Shown piece after piece: positions 37,872-49,800 of a stretch of 64,000 nt of DNA. The notes under the pieces were generated by a model, which did no database searches, had not been told where the DNA came from, and saw nothing but the letters and a program-made list of their open reading frames with translations. Source of the DNA: a virus; the IMG/VR virus record IMGVR_UViG_3300014208_001433, positions 1 through 64,000 of that record; one strand, written 5' to 3'. The position numbers and the translations under genes were made by a program. Position 1 is the first letter of the stretch, and each line of letters starts with the position of its first letter.

Positions 37872-38923
37872 TGTTAATCTCACCGCTTGACGGAAAAATT
37901 CTGCATTTAAAAGAATTAGGAATGATTGAACAAATCCTTTTTGAAGAGGTTATTTCTCCCGAAGATTTTTACAAGGAACTAACATCATTTCTAAAGAAGA
38001 ATTACGACCTTGATAGTAGGGCGATGTTTACCACACAGGAACTTGAGCAGGTTGATTCCTTTATTAAAAATTACTTTACTACAAAAATAAACGAAGCGAA
38101 GGTTTGGCTTTTACGCGCGTATGTAATGGGGCGATATTTAGCGCATACCGATCTAACCGGGAACATCTTCAGACTTGGGAATTTAAGCAGCTTACCAAAA
38201 TATGTAACGGACGCGGCAAAGCAGTACGGACTTAGCATTGAGGAGGCAATGGCATTACAGCAGGCAGTAGAAGAAAGCGCCGTGCTGATGACTAACACAA
38301 CGCAGAGCACCATCCAGACAGTACGTGAGGCACTTGTTGAAAACGTTAAGACACGAGGGGACGGGAAAAAGTTAATTGGCAAGTTGCGGGAACTTTGCAA
38401 GGATGACGTGGGCGAAATTAATAGGAATTGGAAAAGGACAGCAATTACTGAAGCCAATTATATTTTTAATAACGGTTTTATATCAATGCAGGAAGAAGGC
38501 GCTTATGTTGTTGGACTAAGCATGCCGGATGCTTGCGGATTTTGTGCCGCTGAGATTAACGGGCAAGTTTTTAAAGTAAGAAAAGATATTCCGCCGGATT
38601 ACACAACTATGAAGGGAGCGGAATATGAGAAGTGGGCGAAGGTTTGGGAAACTGAAATTTGGGTAGGTAAAAATAATTACGGCAGAAGTACAAGCAATCG
38701 TAAACGGATTGATAAGCACAGAGGGAATAAGGAAGATAATTTGCGGGAGAAAGAACATCATGAACATTCGATGCCCGTTTGCCCGGCACACCCAGAATGT
38801 CATTGCAGATGGGTTGGTATTAAACCGGAGTTTATGTGGATTGACGAACATGGACAAATGAGGGCACGGGTTGAAGATGAAGATAAATGGCAAGAATGGT
38901 ACGAGAATACAATTACGAATTAG
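37871..38923 (+). CDS. MuF/SPP1 gp7-like minor head protein
   Basis: WKRTAITEA, DACGFC, PAHPECHCRW. Confidence 0.85.
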   Translation: MLISPLDGKILHLKELGMIEQILFEEVISPEDFYKELTSFLKKNYDLDSRAMFTTQELEQVDSFIKNYFTTKINEAKVWLLRAYVMGRYLAHTDLTGNIFRLGNLSSLPKYVTDAAKQYGLSIEEAMALQQAVEESAVLMTNTTQSTIQTVREALVENVKTRGDGKKLIGKLRELCKDDVGEINRNWKRTAITEANYIFNNGFISMQEEGAYVVGLSMPDACGFCAAEINGQVFKVRKDIPPDYTTMKGAEYEKWAKVWETEIWVGKNNYGRSTSNRKRIDKHRGNKEDNLREKEHHEHSMPVCPAHPECHCRWVGIKPEFMWIDEHGQMRARVEDEDKWQEWYENTITN

Positions 38924-38941
38924 GAATTAGGAGAAAACATT

Positions 38942-39127
38942 ATGAAAAATTTATTGAAGAAAGTTAAAGTGTTTTTTAAGGGGTTGTTCCCGAATATAGG
39001 GAAGGAAGTTAAACCGGTTGTGATTGAAGAGATTGTACCGAAGCTTGGACCAAAGAAGCGAAAAAGAATTGTTAAAAAGGTAAAGAGCGGAGCGCAAACG
39101 ATTAATGAAAAGGGAAAAAGGAAATGA
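38942..39127 (+). CDS. Small basic protein
   Basis: AGGAG RBS. Confidence 0.5.
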   Translation: MKNLLKKVKVFFKGLFPNIGKEVKPVVIEEIVPKLGPKKRKRIVKKVKSGAQTINEKGKRK

Positions 39128-39855
39128 CTACGCCGCAACATGGCATACAGGCTGCATTAATACAGTACGTCATTTATCCTAAGTGGTATTTAATAATTGC
39201 AGCAGCTTTATTGGGGATGCGCCCCGACTTAACGAGATTATTCCAAAAAAATCGGTCTGATTGGGCTGGATATAATAAACTCCATGCACTTACTTTTTTA
39301 AACTTGTCGATCCCTTATTCAAACATCCACATTCTTCTTGATTCGTTTATGCACGATAAGAAAACCGGTGAGTGGAAGGCTTGGGTAAAATACGCAGAGG
39401 GAGTTTTTTGGGTAGTAGAATGGTTTTTAATGTTAAAAATATTTTATAAAGGTAAGGGAATGTTAATAGTTATTACAGTTGGTTTATTATTTGTGACTTG
39501 TGCTGCGTTGGCAGAGAGCTATGAATATCGCGAAAGATATGTTGTTACGGATATTTTGCAGGACAGGTATTTGACTAAGTCTTGGCATTGGTTCCAATTG
39601 TTTGAGCGTGTATTTGCAATACTCTTTGGTTATTGCTTGTCTTCCTATTTGATAAGCATAGGCGAGGCTGTTAAGGTGGTTTTCTTAATAGCCTCAGTTT
39701 TCTGGACAGCTTATGACGGGGCAATAAATATTGCGCGTAATAAGAATATTTTTTTTATAAGCGGGCAGAGCACAAGTACGTTTGATGTTTTTGCTCATCC
39801 TTGGTTAAAGATCGGTTTACTAATCACTTCACTTATTATTTTATTGTTTTTATGA
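39124..39855 (+). CDS. Multi-pass membrane protein
   Basis: Several TM helices; H..PD..H..HILLD..H pattern in the N-half. Confidence 0.6.
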   Translation: MTTPQHGIQAALIQYVIYPKWYLIIAAALLGMRPDLTRLFQKNRSDWAGYNKLHALTFLNLSIPYSNIHILLDSFMHDKKTGEWKAWVKYAEGVFWVVEWFLMLKIFYKGKGMLIVITVGLLFVTCAALAESYEYRERYVVTDILQDRYLTKSWHWFQLFERVFAILFGYCLSSYLISIGEAVKVVFLIASVFWTAYDGAINIARNKNIFFISGQSTSTFDVFAHPWLKIGLLITSLIILLFL

Positions 39856-39868
39856 AAGGAACAAAGCA

Positions 39869-40321
39869 ATGGCGGATGGAAAAGACGAACTTACAAGAGA
39901 ATTTAACAATGAATTCTTTAAAGCAGATTATAATGAGTTTAAGGAAGAGATTAGGAACAGTCATAATTTGATTATGAAAAAACTTGAATCGTTTGATCTT
40001 ATCTATATTGTGAATGGTGGTAGTGACGGTAAGGAAGTAGGCTGGAAGAGAAAAGATTTATTTCAGGTGCTTTATGATAATGGAGTAAAAAAGACTAAAG
40101 CGATGGAAGAAAGTTTTAAGGCGGAAATAAAAAAAATAAGAGAAGAGCTTACAGACCATATGGATAGCGGGTTTAAGAGCGGGATAGGCAAGTTAAATTG
40201 GTGGAGTTCAAAGTTATTGCCGATAATAATTTTAGCTGGGGTGATCGTATCGATTATTCTTGTGCTGATAGGGCAGCATGAATTAGCGGAAAAAATACAG
40301 AGTATTACAAAAAGCAATTAG
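39869..40321 (+). CDS. C-terminally anchored membrane protein
   Basis: Single C-terminal TM helix. Confidence 0.6.
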   Translation: MADGKDELTREFNNEFFKADYNEFKEEIRNSHNLIMKKLESFDLIYIVNGGSDGKEVGWKRKDLFQVLYDNGVKKTKAMEESFKAEIKKIREELTDHMDSGFKSGIGKLNWWSSKLLPIIILAGVIVSIILVLIGQHELAEKIQSITKSN

Positions 40322-40331
40322 GAATTAAAAA

Positions 40332-43300
40332 ATGTTTTTATATAAGTTACCGGATTATGAAGGGGGATTTGTTACTAAATCTATTGAGTGCAATTGCATA
40401 GTAACAAGAGATGCAAACGGGCACTTGCTGGACAGTAAACCGGTTAATTGTGTAAAGAAGGGAGTGAAAACAAATTTTGGAAAGGTTGTGGATTATTCGA
40501 AGAATTTTGTAATTCTGAAAAAAGGGACTGAGCTTAAAAGGGTGAAAAGGGAAGTTCTGAATAATATTTTGTTAAAGAGTTTGGAACAACCCGAGATAAC
40601 TTTAGAAAAGATAAAGGTATCGGGAAAATTTAATACACTTGCGGGGAAAGTGTTGGTAAAAAGTGAAAGTGAAATTGTTAGGGATGTATTAACTGATCCC
40701 GATAAAGTTTTGAGTAAGGGGAAAAGTGTTATTTTTTCTAAGACGATAAATGGGAAAGAGGTTGAGGCTAAGGTTGAGAAAACCTCAATGTTTATGAATA
40801 CGTTTTTACATAAAAGTATAACCGTAAAGGAAAGTGTTGCGGCGAAAAGAATTTTAATAAAGGGAATTGCAACAACGCTTAGAGCGCCGAAGGTGTTTAA
40901 TATTCAGTCGGCAGTCGGCAGTAGGCAATCGACAATGGGTGGAACTGCATGGAACGCGAAAGGGGGAATGAAACCGAATCATAAGTACATTGAACGGAAA
41001 CCGGCGAAAAGTGGAGACGGGTATATTTATCTGTATGAACTCCCTTCCGGTAAAAAGGAATGGAGAGATGAAGCGGGAAAAGCTGTTGAGGGGGGACAGA
41101 CGAGCGCCGATTATCAGTTGGAAGATTTTAAGGTGGGCGACATTGTTAGGCAGGATAATAAACTCGGCCGGATAATGGAAGCATCAACAAATATGCTTGC
41201 GGTAAATTTCGGCGGGGAAATGAAGGTGATCAACAAAAAAGAGCATGTTGAAAAGGTTAAGCAGCATCAACTAATGAAGGAAGGGGCCACGATGCAGTAT
41301 GAGGGGAACGATGCAAAGATATTGAGGATAACCGGCAAAGCGGCATTGATAAACACGGCTGATAATAAGCTAAAGGTGATCAATCTTGAAAAGCAGTTGG
41401 AGAAATACGAACCGAAGAAAGAGGAGAAACGGTTAAATAAATACAGTGATGTTTACCAGGGTGAAGCGGAGCGAAGGATAGGGAGCGGGGGAGCGGATAA
41501 TTACAACATCAGTTATGAAGAGCAGCCTAAGTATAAAAATTTTGTTGACGCGGCGAAGAAAACGGGATTTGGGAGAAAGAACGATCTTGAAATGGTGAAG
41601 CGCGTTGAAACGGAAAACGGGCTTAGAACGGTAAGGTGGAACTATAACCCGGAGGATCAGAATATTAGTTTTATGGTTGACGGGAAAGAAGATTATACTA
41701 TGAATTTTATGGGGAAGAAGTATAAAATAAGGGATATTACGGAAGACGGTTACAGTTTGGAAGATGCAGAAACTAAGGAACGGGGATTGTTCCTTTCTCA
41801 CAAAGATTATAATAATGATTTGAAACAACAAAGAGACGAGGAGAGAAAGAATGTTGTAGTTGAAAGAACGGGAGGGGTGAACGGATTTGAAACGGTTAAA
41901 GAACCGGCGCGAACTTTTAGGTTTAAACCGGAATACAGTGATGAAGAAAAAGAAAGGTTTGAGAAACGAGGGGGAAGAAGACCGAGCCGATGGACGCGAA
42001 GAAAAGATGAACCTTTGCAAAGCGAAGAGGAGAAGAAACGATTAACTGAATTGCAGGACGAGAGGGATAAAAAGAATAAGGAAGTTTTGGGAACGAAGGA
42101 TTTTGCAGACTTTGAGAAGTTACACAAAGAGAGAGGCTTTACAATTGGTGCAAATAGATTCCATGCAGCAAAAGAAATTGAGGCAGGCGGAAGAACATTC
42201 AGAATAAAGAGTGAGTTTAAGCCGGAGAAAATGAGCTGGCAGACTTCCATCGATGGACCTGTTAAGAAATTGCAGTTGGGAGAAAAACATTTACCGATAA
42301 CGGATATTTCAAAAGATAAAGTTTTCTACCACGAAGGGGGGGATGAAAAAAGTATAACCTTTGATGAGTTGAAAACGATTAACGGCAAGAGTTTGTTTGA
42401 ACCCACAAAAGAGAGTAAAGGAATTGTAAGTAATTTAGATCCGGTGAAGATATATTTTGACGATAAAGATGTAACGAGCGGGACTTATGAAATTGTTGAA
42501 GCTAATGAAATAATTGCTTCCCACAAAACGGATGGAACGCCAAACAGAGATTACACGATATCAGACGCGCAAAATAGAGACCGCAGCACTCCGCAAAGTA
42601 TTGCACAAATAAACAAGATCGCAGCGAATCCGAATTTTGACTTTTTAAGCGACAGTAAGACCGCGCAGGACGGCGCACCCATTGTTGATGAAGATTATAA
42701 CGTAATTGCCGGGAACGGGCGGGGAATAGGCGTACAGCTTCATTACAGCAACAAAGGGGAGAAGTATCGAAATGATCTGTTGAAAAAGGTTGAGAAGTAC
42801 GGTTTTAGTCGAGACGATGTTGAGAAGATGAAACAGCCTATTTTGGTAAGGCGAACGAATGTTGACGCAAAAGAGGCGCAACGATTGGGAGCAATTAGCA
42901 ATACCTCACAGATGCTTGCAACAGAGGAACGGGAAGCGGCAAAAGGAAAGGCAACAAGAATTGATGACGCTACAATAAATAATTTAGCCGATATGTTCAC
43001 AAAAGGGAACCATGAATCACTTAATCAATATTTGGATGAGATTGGACCGGATGTGGTAGGTGAGTTACTGAAGAAGAAAATTATCCCGGAGAATGAAGCG
43101 CACTTGTATATTGACCCGAAGAGCGGGAAAATGGATGCAGGGCACAAAGAAAAGGTTAAGCAAATATTAACGCAATCGGTTTTGGGAGAGAGCAGTAAGC
43201 ATTTTGAGAAGATACCGGAAGCGGCGAGAGCGGGAACGGTTAAAAGTCTTGGAGATATTTTTGCGCTGAAGGGGAAAGCGGGTGATCTTGTTCCTCACTT

Positions 43301-45428
43301 ACAGGAAGCGATAAAGGTTTTAGCAAAGTATGAAGCGGTTAAGAATAACTTTAAATCGCCGGATGATTTTGTTAAGCAGGCGGCAAATGACGCATTTGAA
43401 CCGTTGAAAGGAAGTAAAGAAGGATTGGCTTTATTTGATCTATTAGCAGACCCGATAAGAGAAGTAACGAAGGAAAACGGAAAGAAGGAAAAGAAAAACG
43501 TAATAAGTGATTTTATCCGTAAATATAAGTTAAGTTTAGAAGGGGATATGTTTGGCGAAGGCAAACCGGCGAAGGAAGCGTTTGATGAAGTGTTCAAGCC
43601 GAGGTACGAGAAGGGAGTGAATAAGAGTTTGTTTAGCAGATTGCGTATATTTGGTAAAAAAGTTTTTATGAAATCTGTTGATACGACAAAGAATATTTTA
43701 GCGCCGAGTAAAAAGAATCCGGGTGTAAAACGTTGGCAAAAGGTTGAGAGCGGAAAGTTGAAAGTTGCAAGTGGAAAGGTTGAGGATAAAACACAAGTGA
43801 CAAGTGACAAAAAGCAAGGGGAAGAAAAGATACGACTAAAAGATGTAACAAAATGGCATGAATACACAAAAGGAAGAATGATTGAAACAATTAGAAAAAA
43901 TGCCGTAGAAGGATTAAATAAAGAAATAGATAAACATCAAGCAGAAATCAAATCATATGTATATGTTCCCGATCCTTATGATTTTCGTGATACAGAGAAC
44001 CCAATAGAAATTAGTTTCTCGGGAAAAGAAAAAACAGGACAACCTATAATTATCAGGAATGGATTTGAATATAAATTTGCATATCAGAGCAATAAATACG
44101 ATAGATATGATAGATCACTCACAGATAAAGAGATGCAAGAAAAAACAGACAAGAAGAAAAAAGACATCCAATGGTTGATTGATTATAATAAAAAGAAAAT
44201 TGACGATATTAATAATGGTTTGATAGATAATAAATTGTTTGACGAAGAGCAGAAAAGAATTGCAAAAGAAAAAGACGACCGAGAAATTGAAATCGCAAAT
44301 AAATTCTATCCAAGTAAAAGTCTTTCCCGATCTTTAAGGGATATAACAGGAAAGAAACTAGGTTTGTCTTTGCACGACTTTCATGATGCAAAGGGTAATT
44401 CGGCGTATATAATAACTGATAAATTTAAAATACGATTTTCTGATCATGAGAGTAGAACTGAACAGGATTTCTATAGATTGGATGAAAAGGATAAACCTTT
44501 TCGTCCAGTTGAATATGAACCAGAGGACATTGACATAATAATTTACAAAGACCGGAGAGGGGACGCTGTTGTTACAATCGATGGGAATAACTATGGAATT
44601 GCGGATTATAATATTGATTCAATTGAAGATTTAAGCGAGTTCATACTTGAAAAGATAAATAAAAAAGTCGTTGATTCCGTAGAACCAACGACTACAAATG
44701 AAAGCAAACCACAATCGCTTAAGACAGAGCCGAACGCTAAAAGCGGAGCGGATGACTTAGGCAGTGATAAACGTGCCGAAGCACAGACGAAAAGTAGTGA
44801 AGAGAAAGGAGAAAAGCAAATACCGCAAACGGAGACGGAGAATTTTAAGAAGTGGTTTGGGGAGAGTAAGGTAGTGGATAGTGAGGGGAAGCCGTTGGTG
44901 GTTTATCATGGCAGCAAAACACAGTTTGAGGTATTTGATAAAGTAAATGGCGAATCATCATCTTCCGGTAGATTTGAAGGGTTTCACTTTGGGACATTAG
45001 ACCAAGCCAAAATGCGGAACGGTAAAATGGTTATGGCTCTGTTTCTAAAAGCTGAAAAATTACAACGGAGTAAAGATGAAGGAGGTAGGTGGTGGAAGAA
45101 AATTCAATCTGCAAAAAGTAGAAATTATGATGGCATAATTTATTTGAACAGATATGAAGGCATCCCTCTTGAAGAATATGATGAAGCAGAAAAACGAGGA
45201 GTTAAAACAGATGCCGATTCGCTTGATCGAATGAGTGATGAGCAATTTAGAAAAAATTTCCCATCAGCAAAAGATAGCTATATCGTTTTTTCTCCAACTC
45301 AGATTAAATCCGCTATTGATAATGACGGAAGTTTTGATCCGGAGAATGCGGATATTACCAAGGGGACGAAAATAACGAGGCGGATAATATTTAAGAAAAA
45401 GAAGAAGGATGAAACTTTTTTATTGTAG
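40332..45428 (+). CDS. Large polyvalent protein (ddrB-like ParB domain + ART-PolyVal-like domain)
   Basis: IIASH...QNRDR...DGAPIV...IAGNGR (~42480-42930); FKKWFGESKVVD..GKPLVVYHG...YIVFSPTQIKSA..N.G.FD (~44825-45360). Confidence 0.8.
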   Translation: MFLYKLPDYEGGFVTKSIECNCIVTRDANGHLLDSKPVNCVKKGVKTNFGKVVDYSKNFVILKKGTELKRVKREVLNNILLKSLEQPEITLEKIKVSGKFNTLAGKVLVKSESEIVRDVLTDPDKVLSKGKSVIFSKTINGKEVEAKVEKTSMFMNTFLHKSITVKESVAAKRILIKGIATTLRAPKVFNIQSAVGSRQSTMGGTAWNAKGGMKPNHKYIERKPAKSGDGYIYLYELPSGKKEWRDEAGKAVEGGQTSADYQLEDFKVGDIVRQDNKLGRIMEASTNMLAVNFGGEMKVINKKEHVEKVKQHQLMKEGATMQYEGNDAKILRITGKAALINTADNKLKVINLEKQLEKYEPKKEEKRLNKYSDVYQGEAERRIGSGGADNYNISYEEQPKYKNFVDAAKKTGFGRKNDLEMVKRVETENGLRTVRWNYNPEDQNISFMVDGKEDYTMNFMGKKYKIRDITEDGYSLEDAETKERGLFLSHKDYNNDLKQQRDEERKNVVVERTGGVNGFETVKEPARTFRFKPEYSDEEKERFEKRGGRRPSRWTRRKDEPLQSEEEKKRLTELQDERDKKNKEVLGTKDFADFEKLHKERGFTIGANRFHAAKEIEAGGRTFRIKSEFKPEKMSWQTSIDGPVKKLQLGEKHLPITDISKDKVFYHEGGDEKSITFDELKTINGKSLFEPTKESKGIVSNLDPVKIYFDDKDVTSGTYEIVEANEIIASHKTDGTPNRDYTISDAQNRDRSTPQSIAQINKIAANPNFDFLSDSKTAQDGAPIVDEDYNVIAGNGRGIGVQLHYSNKGEKYRNDLLKKVEKYGFSRDDVEKMKQPILVRRTNVDAKEAQRLGAISNTSQMLATEEREAAKGKATRIDDATINNLADMFTKGNHESLNQYLDEIGPDVVGELLKKKIIPENEAHLYIDPKSGKMDAGHKEKVKQILTQSVLGESSKHFEKIPEAARAGTVKSLGDIFALKGKAGDLVPHLQEAIKVLAKYEAVKNNFKSPDDFVKQAANDAFEPLKGSKEGLALFDLLADPIREVTKENGKKEKKNVISDFIRKYKLSLEGDMFGEGKPAKEAFDEVFKPRYEKGVNKSLFSRLRIFGKKVFMKSVDTTKNILAPSKKNPGVKRWQKVESGKLKVASGKVEDKTQVTSDKKQGEEKIRLKDVTKWHEYTKGRMIETIRKNAVEGLNKEIDKHQAEIKSYVYVPDPYDFRDTENPIEISFSGKEKTGQPIIIRNGFEYKFAYQSNKYDRYDRSLTDKEMQEKTDKKKKDIQWLIDYNKKKIDDINNGLIDNKLFDEEQKRIAKEKDDREIEIANKFYPSKSLSRSLRDITGKKLGLSLHDFHDAKGNSAYIITDKFKIRFSDHESRTEQDFYRLDEKDKPFRPVEYEPEDIDIIIYKDRRGDAVVTIDGNNYGIADYNIDSIEDLSEFILEKINKKVVDSVEPTTTNESKPQSLKTEPNAKSGADDLGSDKRAEAQTKSSEEKGEKQIPQTETENFKKWFGESKVVDSEGKPLVVYHGSKTQFEVFDKVNGESSSSGRFEGFHFGTLDQAKMRNGKMVMALFLKAEKLQRSKDEGGRWWKKIQSAKSRNYDGIIYLNRYEGIPLEEYDEAEKRGVKTDADSLDRMSDEQFRKNFPSAKDSYIVFSPTQIKSAIDNDGSFDPENADITKGTKITRRIIFKKKKKDETFLL

Positions 45429-45514
45429 GTGAAAAAAAGATTATTTAAGTTAACATATAACATTTTATATGAATTAACACAACAAACAACAATAACTCTA
45501 AAGGAGAAAAGACC

Positions 45515-45979
45515 ATGTTACAATTCCCATTACTCACCGATGCCCAGGTTGCGGCAAAGGATTTTATGAATCAAGGAGATACTTTAAAAGCGTTAGACCT
45601 TTTGCAGAATCTTCCTTACGTAAACGTTTCCGCCGCATTAGCTGCGGGTGCAACGGGCGTAACTACAAATGAGCACATCTTTGTAGCGCCGTGCAAATTG
45701 GAAATTTTGGAAGCGAAGTTCATCACTACTGTAATTAACACCGGTACAAGCAACGAACCGGAAGTAAAATTGCTTGCGGGCACCGACATTGTTGGTGTTA
45801 GCGGTGCAATTATCTTAGCAGGCGCAGCAGTTGGTGATGTTGCAACGTTAACGCTTGATGCAACAAAAGTTGTTGTAGCGGCAGGGACAAAACTTATTCT
45901 TAGAATAGTTAATCCTACTGCAACAATTACTACTCCGTTAACCGGAAAGCTTCAGTTCATCTGGAAACCAACTGTTTAG
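45515..45979 (+). CDS. Probable capsid decoration/structural protein
   Basis: Ala/Thr/Val-rich beta protein, strong RBS, own terminator. Confidence 0.55.
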   Translation: MLQFPLLTDAQVAAKDFMNQGDTLKALDLLQNLPYVNVSAALAAGATGVTTNEHIFVAPCKLEILEAKFITTVINTGTSNEPEVKLLAGTDIVGVSGAIILAGAAVGDVATLTLDATKVVVAAGTKLILRIVNPTATITTPLTGKLQFIWKPTV

Positions 45980-45996
45980 TTCATTAGTACGGTTGT

Positions 45997-46033
45997 AAGT
46001 GGTTAGTAGTAATGTGTGACTAACCACTTTTTT
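45997..46033 (+). terminator. Rho-independent terminator
   Basis: AAGTGGTTAGT/ACTAACCACTT stem plus T-run. Confidence 0.7.
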
Positions 46034-46065
46034 AATTACGAATTCTCAATTAGGAATGAGGAATT

Positions 46066-46698
46066 ATGCTTAGCGAAGCTTTTAATATTGATTGTATGGA
46101 AGGGATGAAACAGTTCCCCGATAAGTATTTTGAATTAGCTGTGGTTGACCCGCCGTATGGTTTGCCCAAAGATGCTGTACACGGTAGAGGCAAGCTAAAG
46201 GCGAGAGCAATAAATGCAATGGATATGGGATGGGATGTTGCCCCAAACGAAGATTATTTTAAAGAATTGTTTAGAGTTTCTGAAAAACAAATTATTTGGG
46301 GTGGAAATTATTTTGCGCTTATGCCTACAAGGTGTTGGTTAATTTGGGATAAAGAACAGCCTTTTGAAAATTTTAGCGCGTTTGAAATGGCTTGGACTTC
46401 TTTCGAGTCTCCGTCGAAAATTTACAGGCAAAGGACGGTTGAACCCGATCCAGATGGGAAAATCCATCCGACACAAAAAACAATTAAACTTTACGATTGG
46501 ATATTTATGAACTACGCAAAGCAAGGGGATAAGATTTTAGACACGCATTTAGGGAGTGGAAGCAGTAGAATATCAGCACACAAAGCTGGGCTTGATTTTA
46601 CAGCGTACGAATTAGATAAAGATTATTTCGACAAACAGGAGAAACGCTTCAACAACTTTATTTCGCAATTGCAATTAGATTTTGCGATTGCAATATAA
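46066..46698 (+). CDS. Beta-class N6-adenine DNA methyltransferase
   Basis: VDPPYG, IIWGGNYF, HPTQK, ILDTHLGSGS. Confidence 0.93.
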   Translation: MLSEAFNIDCMEGMKQFPDKYFELAVVDPPYGLPKDAVHGRGKLKARAINAMDMGWDVAPNEDYFKELFRVSEKQIIWGGNYFALMPTRCWLIWDKEQPFENFSAFEMAWTSFESPSKIYRQRTVEPDPDGKIHPTQKTIKLYDWIFMNYAKQGDKILDTHLGSGSSRISAHKAGLDFTAYELDKDYFDKQEKRFNNFISQLQLDFAIAI

Positions 46699-46710
46699 TT
46701 AGGAATAGGA

Positions 46711-46830
46711 ATGAACGGCAGGATGAGAATAGGCGAAGCTAGGTTTAGTTACTGGACAAATAGAGAGAGAAAAGAAGTTGCCGGGAATGAAGATCAATTT
46801 AATTTATTCACCCAGACCGAGGCAGCGTAA
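46711..46830 (+). CDS. Small ORF (39 aa, not in track)
   Basis: Ends QFNLFTQTEAA; TAATG overlap with next gene. Confidence 0.35.
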   Translation: MNGRMRIGEARFSYWTNRERKEVAGNEDQFNLFTQTEAA

Positions 46831-49800
46831 TGAAATTATTTGGAATGACAATAGCAAAGAGTAAAGATAAACCGAAATTGCTTAAAGCATTCGGGGTAAT
46901 ATTAAAAGCCTTCGGTACGCAGTTAGGAATGTTTAATGATGAAGTGATTGAAGGGCAGACGAAGCAGAAAGACGGGCACAGCTATGTAGTTAAGAGAAGT
47001 AACAAGAATCCTCTTGTAAAAAGATTATTCAGGGCGGATAAGGAGGAGAGTAAGCCGAAGGAACTGAGTTTGTTTGATAAGAAAGTTACAGTAGGCAGTC
47101 GGCAATCGGCAGTCGGCAATCGGGCAGAAAGTAAACCACCGAAAGCGGAACCAATAAGACACACAGAGCAACCGGAAGCAAAGGACGATCTCTTCAATCA
47201 ACCAAAGGAAGAGAGAAAAGAGCCGAAGGCAGAAATTAAAGTTGTTAAGGGGAAGAAAAACCGTAAAGAGATTAACGCTAAGGTTGAGGAGTTATTAAAG
47301 ACAAAGAAAAATGATGAGATGAGCGCTGAGGATGTTGAATTATTAGCGCAGTACACCGGACGCGGCGGATTGTTAGGAGATACGCTTGAGGATATCTCGC
47401 TTAATGAATTTTACACACGTAAGGATGAAGCGGAATTTATTTGGGATATGATAGGGAAGTTAGGTTTTAAGGGAGGAAATGTTTTAGAGCCTTCGATGGG
47501 AACGGGAATTTTTGTTGAGACAGCACCGGAGAAAGCGCTTGTAACCGGAATTGAGATTGAGGAGACGAGTGGAAGAATCGGACAGATTTTACACGGCAAT
47601 GAACACGATATCAGAATTCAGAGTTTTGAACAGTTTGTAAAAGACTATGATAATATGGGAGCGGATTTAGAAGGGGGAGAATATGACGCGATAGTTGGGA
47701 ATTGTCCGTTTGGTAAAAGGGGATTGAGCGCAATGGATGATAGGGAAAAGAGCGATATAAAATTCCATGAGCAATATTTTATTGATCGAGGTTTGGATAT
47801 GTTGAAGCCGGGGGGGATAATGGCAATGATCGTTCCAACAAGTATAATGGATAACCAACTTAATCAATGGCGGGGAGAGGTAAACAAAAAAGGGGAATTT
47901 TTAGGAGCAATACGAGTACCAACCGGAGCATTCAAACACACAGACGCGCAAGTAACCACAGATATAGTTTTCTTTAAGAAAAGACCGCCGGAAGTAATTG
48001 ATCACTTGAACAAACTTTCCAAGGAAGAACTTGGGGAAGCTTATGACGATATGGTAATGGATGCTGATTTTGTTTCGGGGAATTTCTTTAAGAATAATCC
48101 GGAGTATGCATTGGGCACGGAAACAAGCGGAATGTTCGGAATGAAGATTTGGAAGGGAGATATTACAAAGGCTGATCTTGAAAAAGTCGGTGAGTTATTA
48201 AACCATGAGGCAAGAGATTACAGCAGTTTAGGAATTGATGTTAGTAAATATGGTGAGTTAGAAAAAGAACTTGAACCGGGAGATGTAAAGATATTAAACG
48301 GAAGAACTTACATACTTAATAAAAACCATAGATGGGAAAGATTGAAAGATCAGGAAGTAGTATTACAAAACTTACCGGAAGACATTAAAAAACTTGGTAT
48401 TACGAGTTGGGATGAATGGAGAATTAAGAGTGAGGACACAGCTTATTTATACGGTTTGGATAAGGACCAACTTAAACTTTTCGGACAAACAAGAATAGTT
48501 AATGAGCTGGATGGATACAACGGCAAGAATGATTTTCAGACGGAATATTTAACAAAGGGAGTTGTGTTAGGTTTAGCAGTAAAGGATTTCAGAAAAGAGT
48601 TGCAAGACGGAAGATTATCCGCTGAAGAGGCGCAAATGGAAGCGGGGAAACTGAAGATATTGCTAAAGGATTTTATTGAAAAGTATGGACACCCGATTGA
48701 GAATTTAAAGTTAAATAAATTTTTTAAGAACAGCGGAAACGCGCCACTTCTTAATTTGGCAGGTAGCTATGATAAGAACGGCAACACTATCAAGATGTTT
48801 GATGATCCGCTGTCTTTTTATAAAGTTTATCAAACGAAGAGCGAAATAGGAACAGTTGATAGGAATAATATTGTTTCGGTAATCGGTTTTCTTTTTGCAA
48901 ATAATTTTCCAACGGATTATCAAACGGTACGAGGCGAGTATGAGGGGGATGGAGATATTGAAAGAGAGCTTGCATATAGCGATGAAATTTATTTTGATGA
49001 AGAAGGAAATTATAAACCGAAAGAGGAAGTCCTTTACGGTTACATTTACGAAAAAATTGACGCTTGGGAAAAGCAACGAACCGAACTGAAGAAGGAATCC
49101 AAGAACGAAAAGTTAAGCGATAAAGAAAAAGAACTTAACGCGCAAAAAATGCGAAAGCTCGAAGATCAGATAATTGAGGCGAAGACGAGAGCGAATATCA
49201 GGGAGATTAAGCAGCTACCAATAATGTTAAGCGATGCAGGGAGTATTTACGATATTGGTATTTTAAACAAATATTTGGAAGAAAAGATAGGGGCGCATTT
49301 CTTAGGTGAATTACGCAAAGATGAAAAGAGTGGTTTCATTCTTCCGGTTGATGAGAGTTCGGCAAAATTATATTTAAGTTATGCAGATATTACGAAAGAG
49401 GGGAAATCAACAGATGTAAAACGGGAATTGCGGGATCTCTTTAATAAAGATGAGCATCCGTTGTTATTTATGATTTTAAATAAGATGAATGGATTAGGTT
49501 TACCGGCATTACGGACAGAGGAAGGGATTGCTAAGAAAGAACAAGTCTTACAACTTGAAACAGATTTTAAGCAGTATTTATCCGATAGTGAAGAAGCTGA
49601 TAAAATTGCAGATACTTATAACAGGTTGTTTAATTCTTACATACAAAAAACGTATGATGAAAAACCGATAGAGGGAATAAAGCATTTTGCTTATGATAGA
49701 GTAGTTGGAAAAGACGCAAGCGGAAAAGATATAACCGGAAAAGATAAGGCGGGCGGGCATACTTGGGCAACGGTACGCAGAATGTATGAACAGGGTAAGG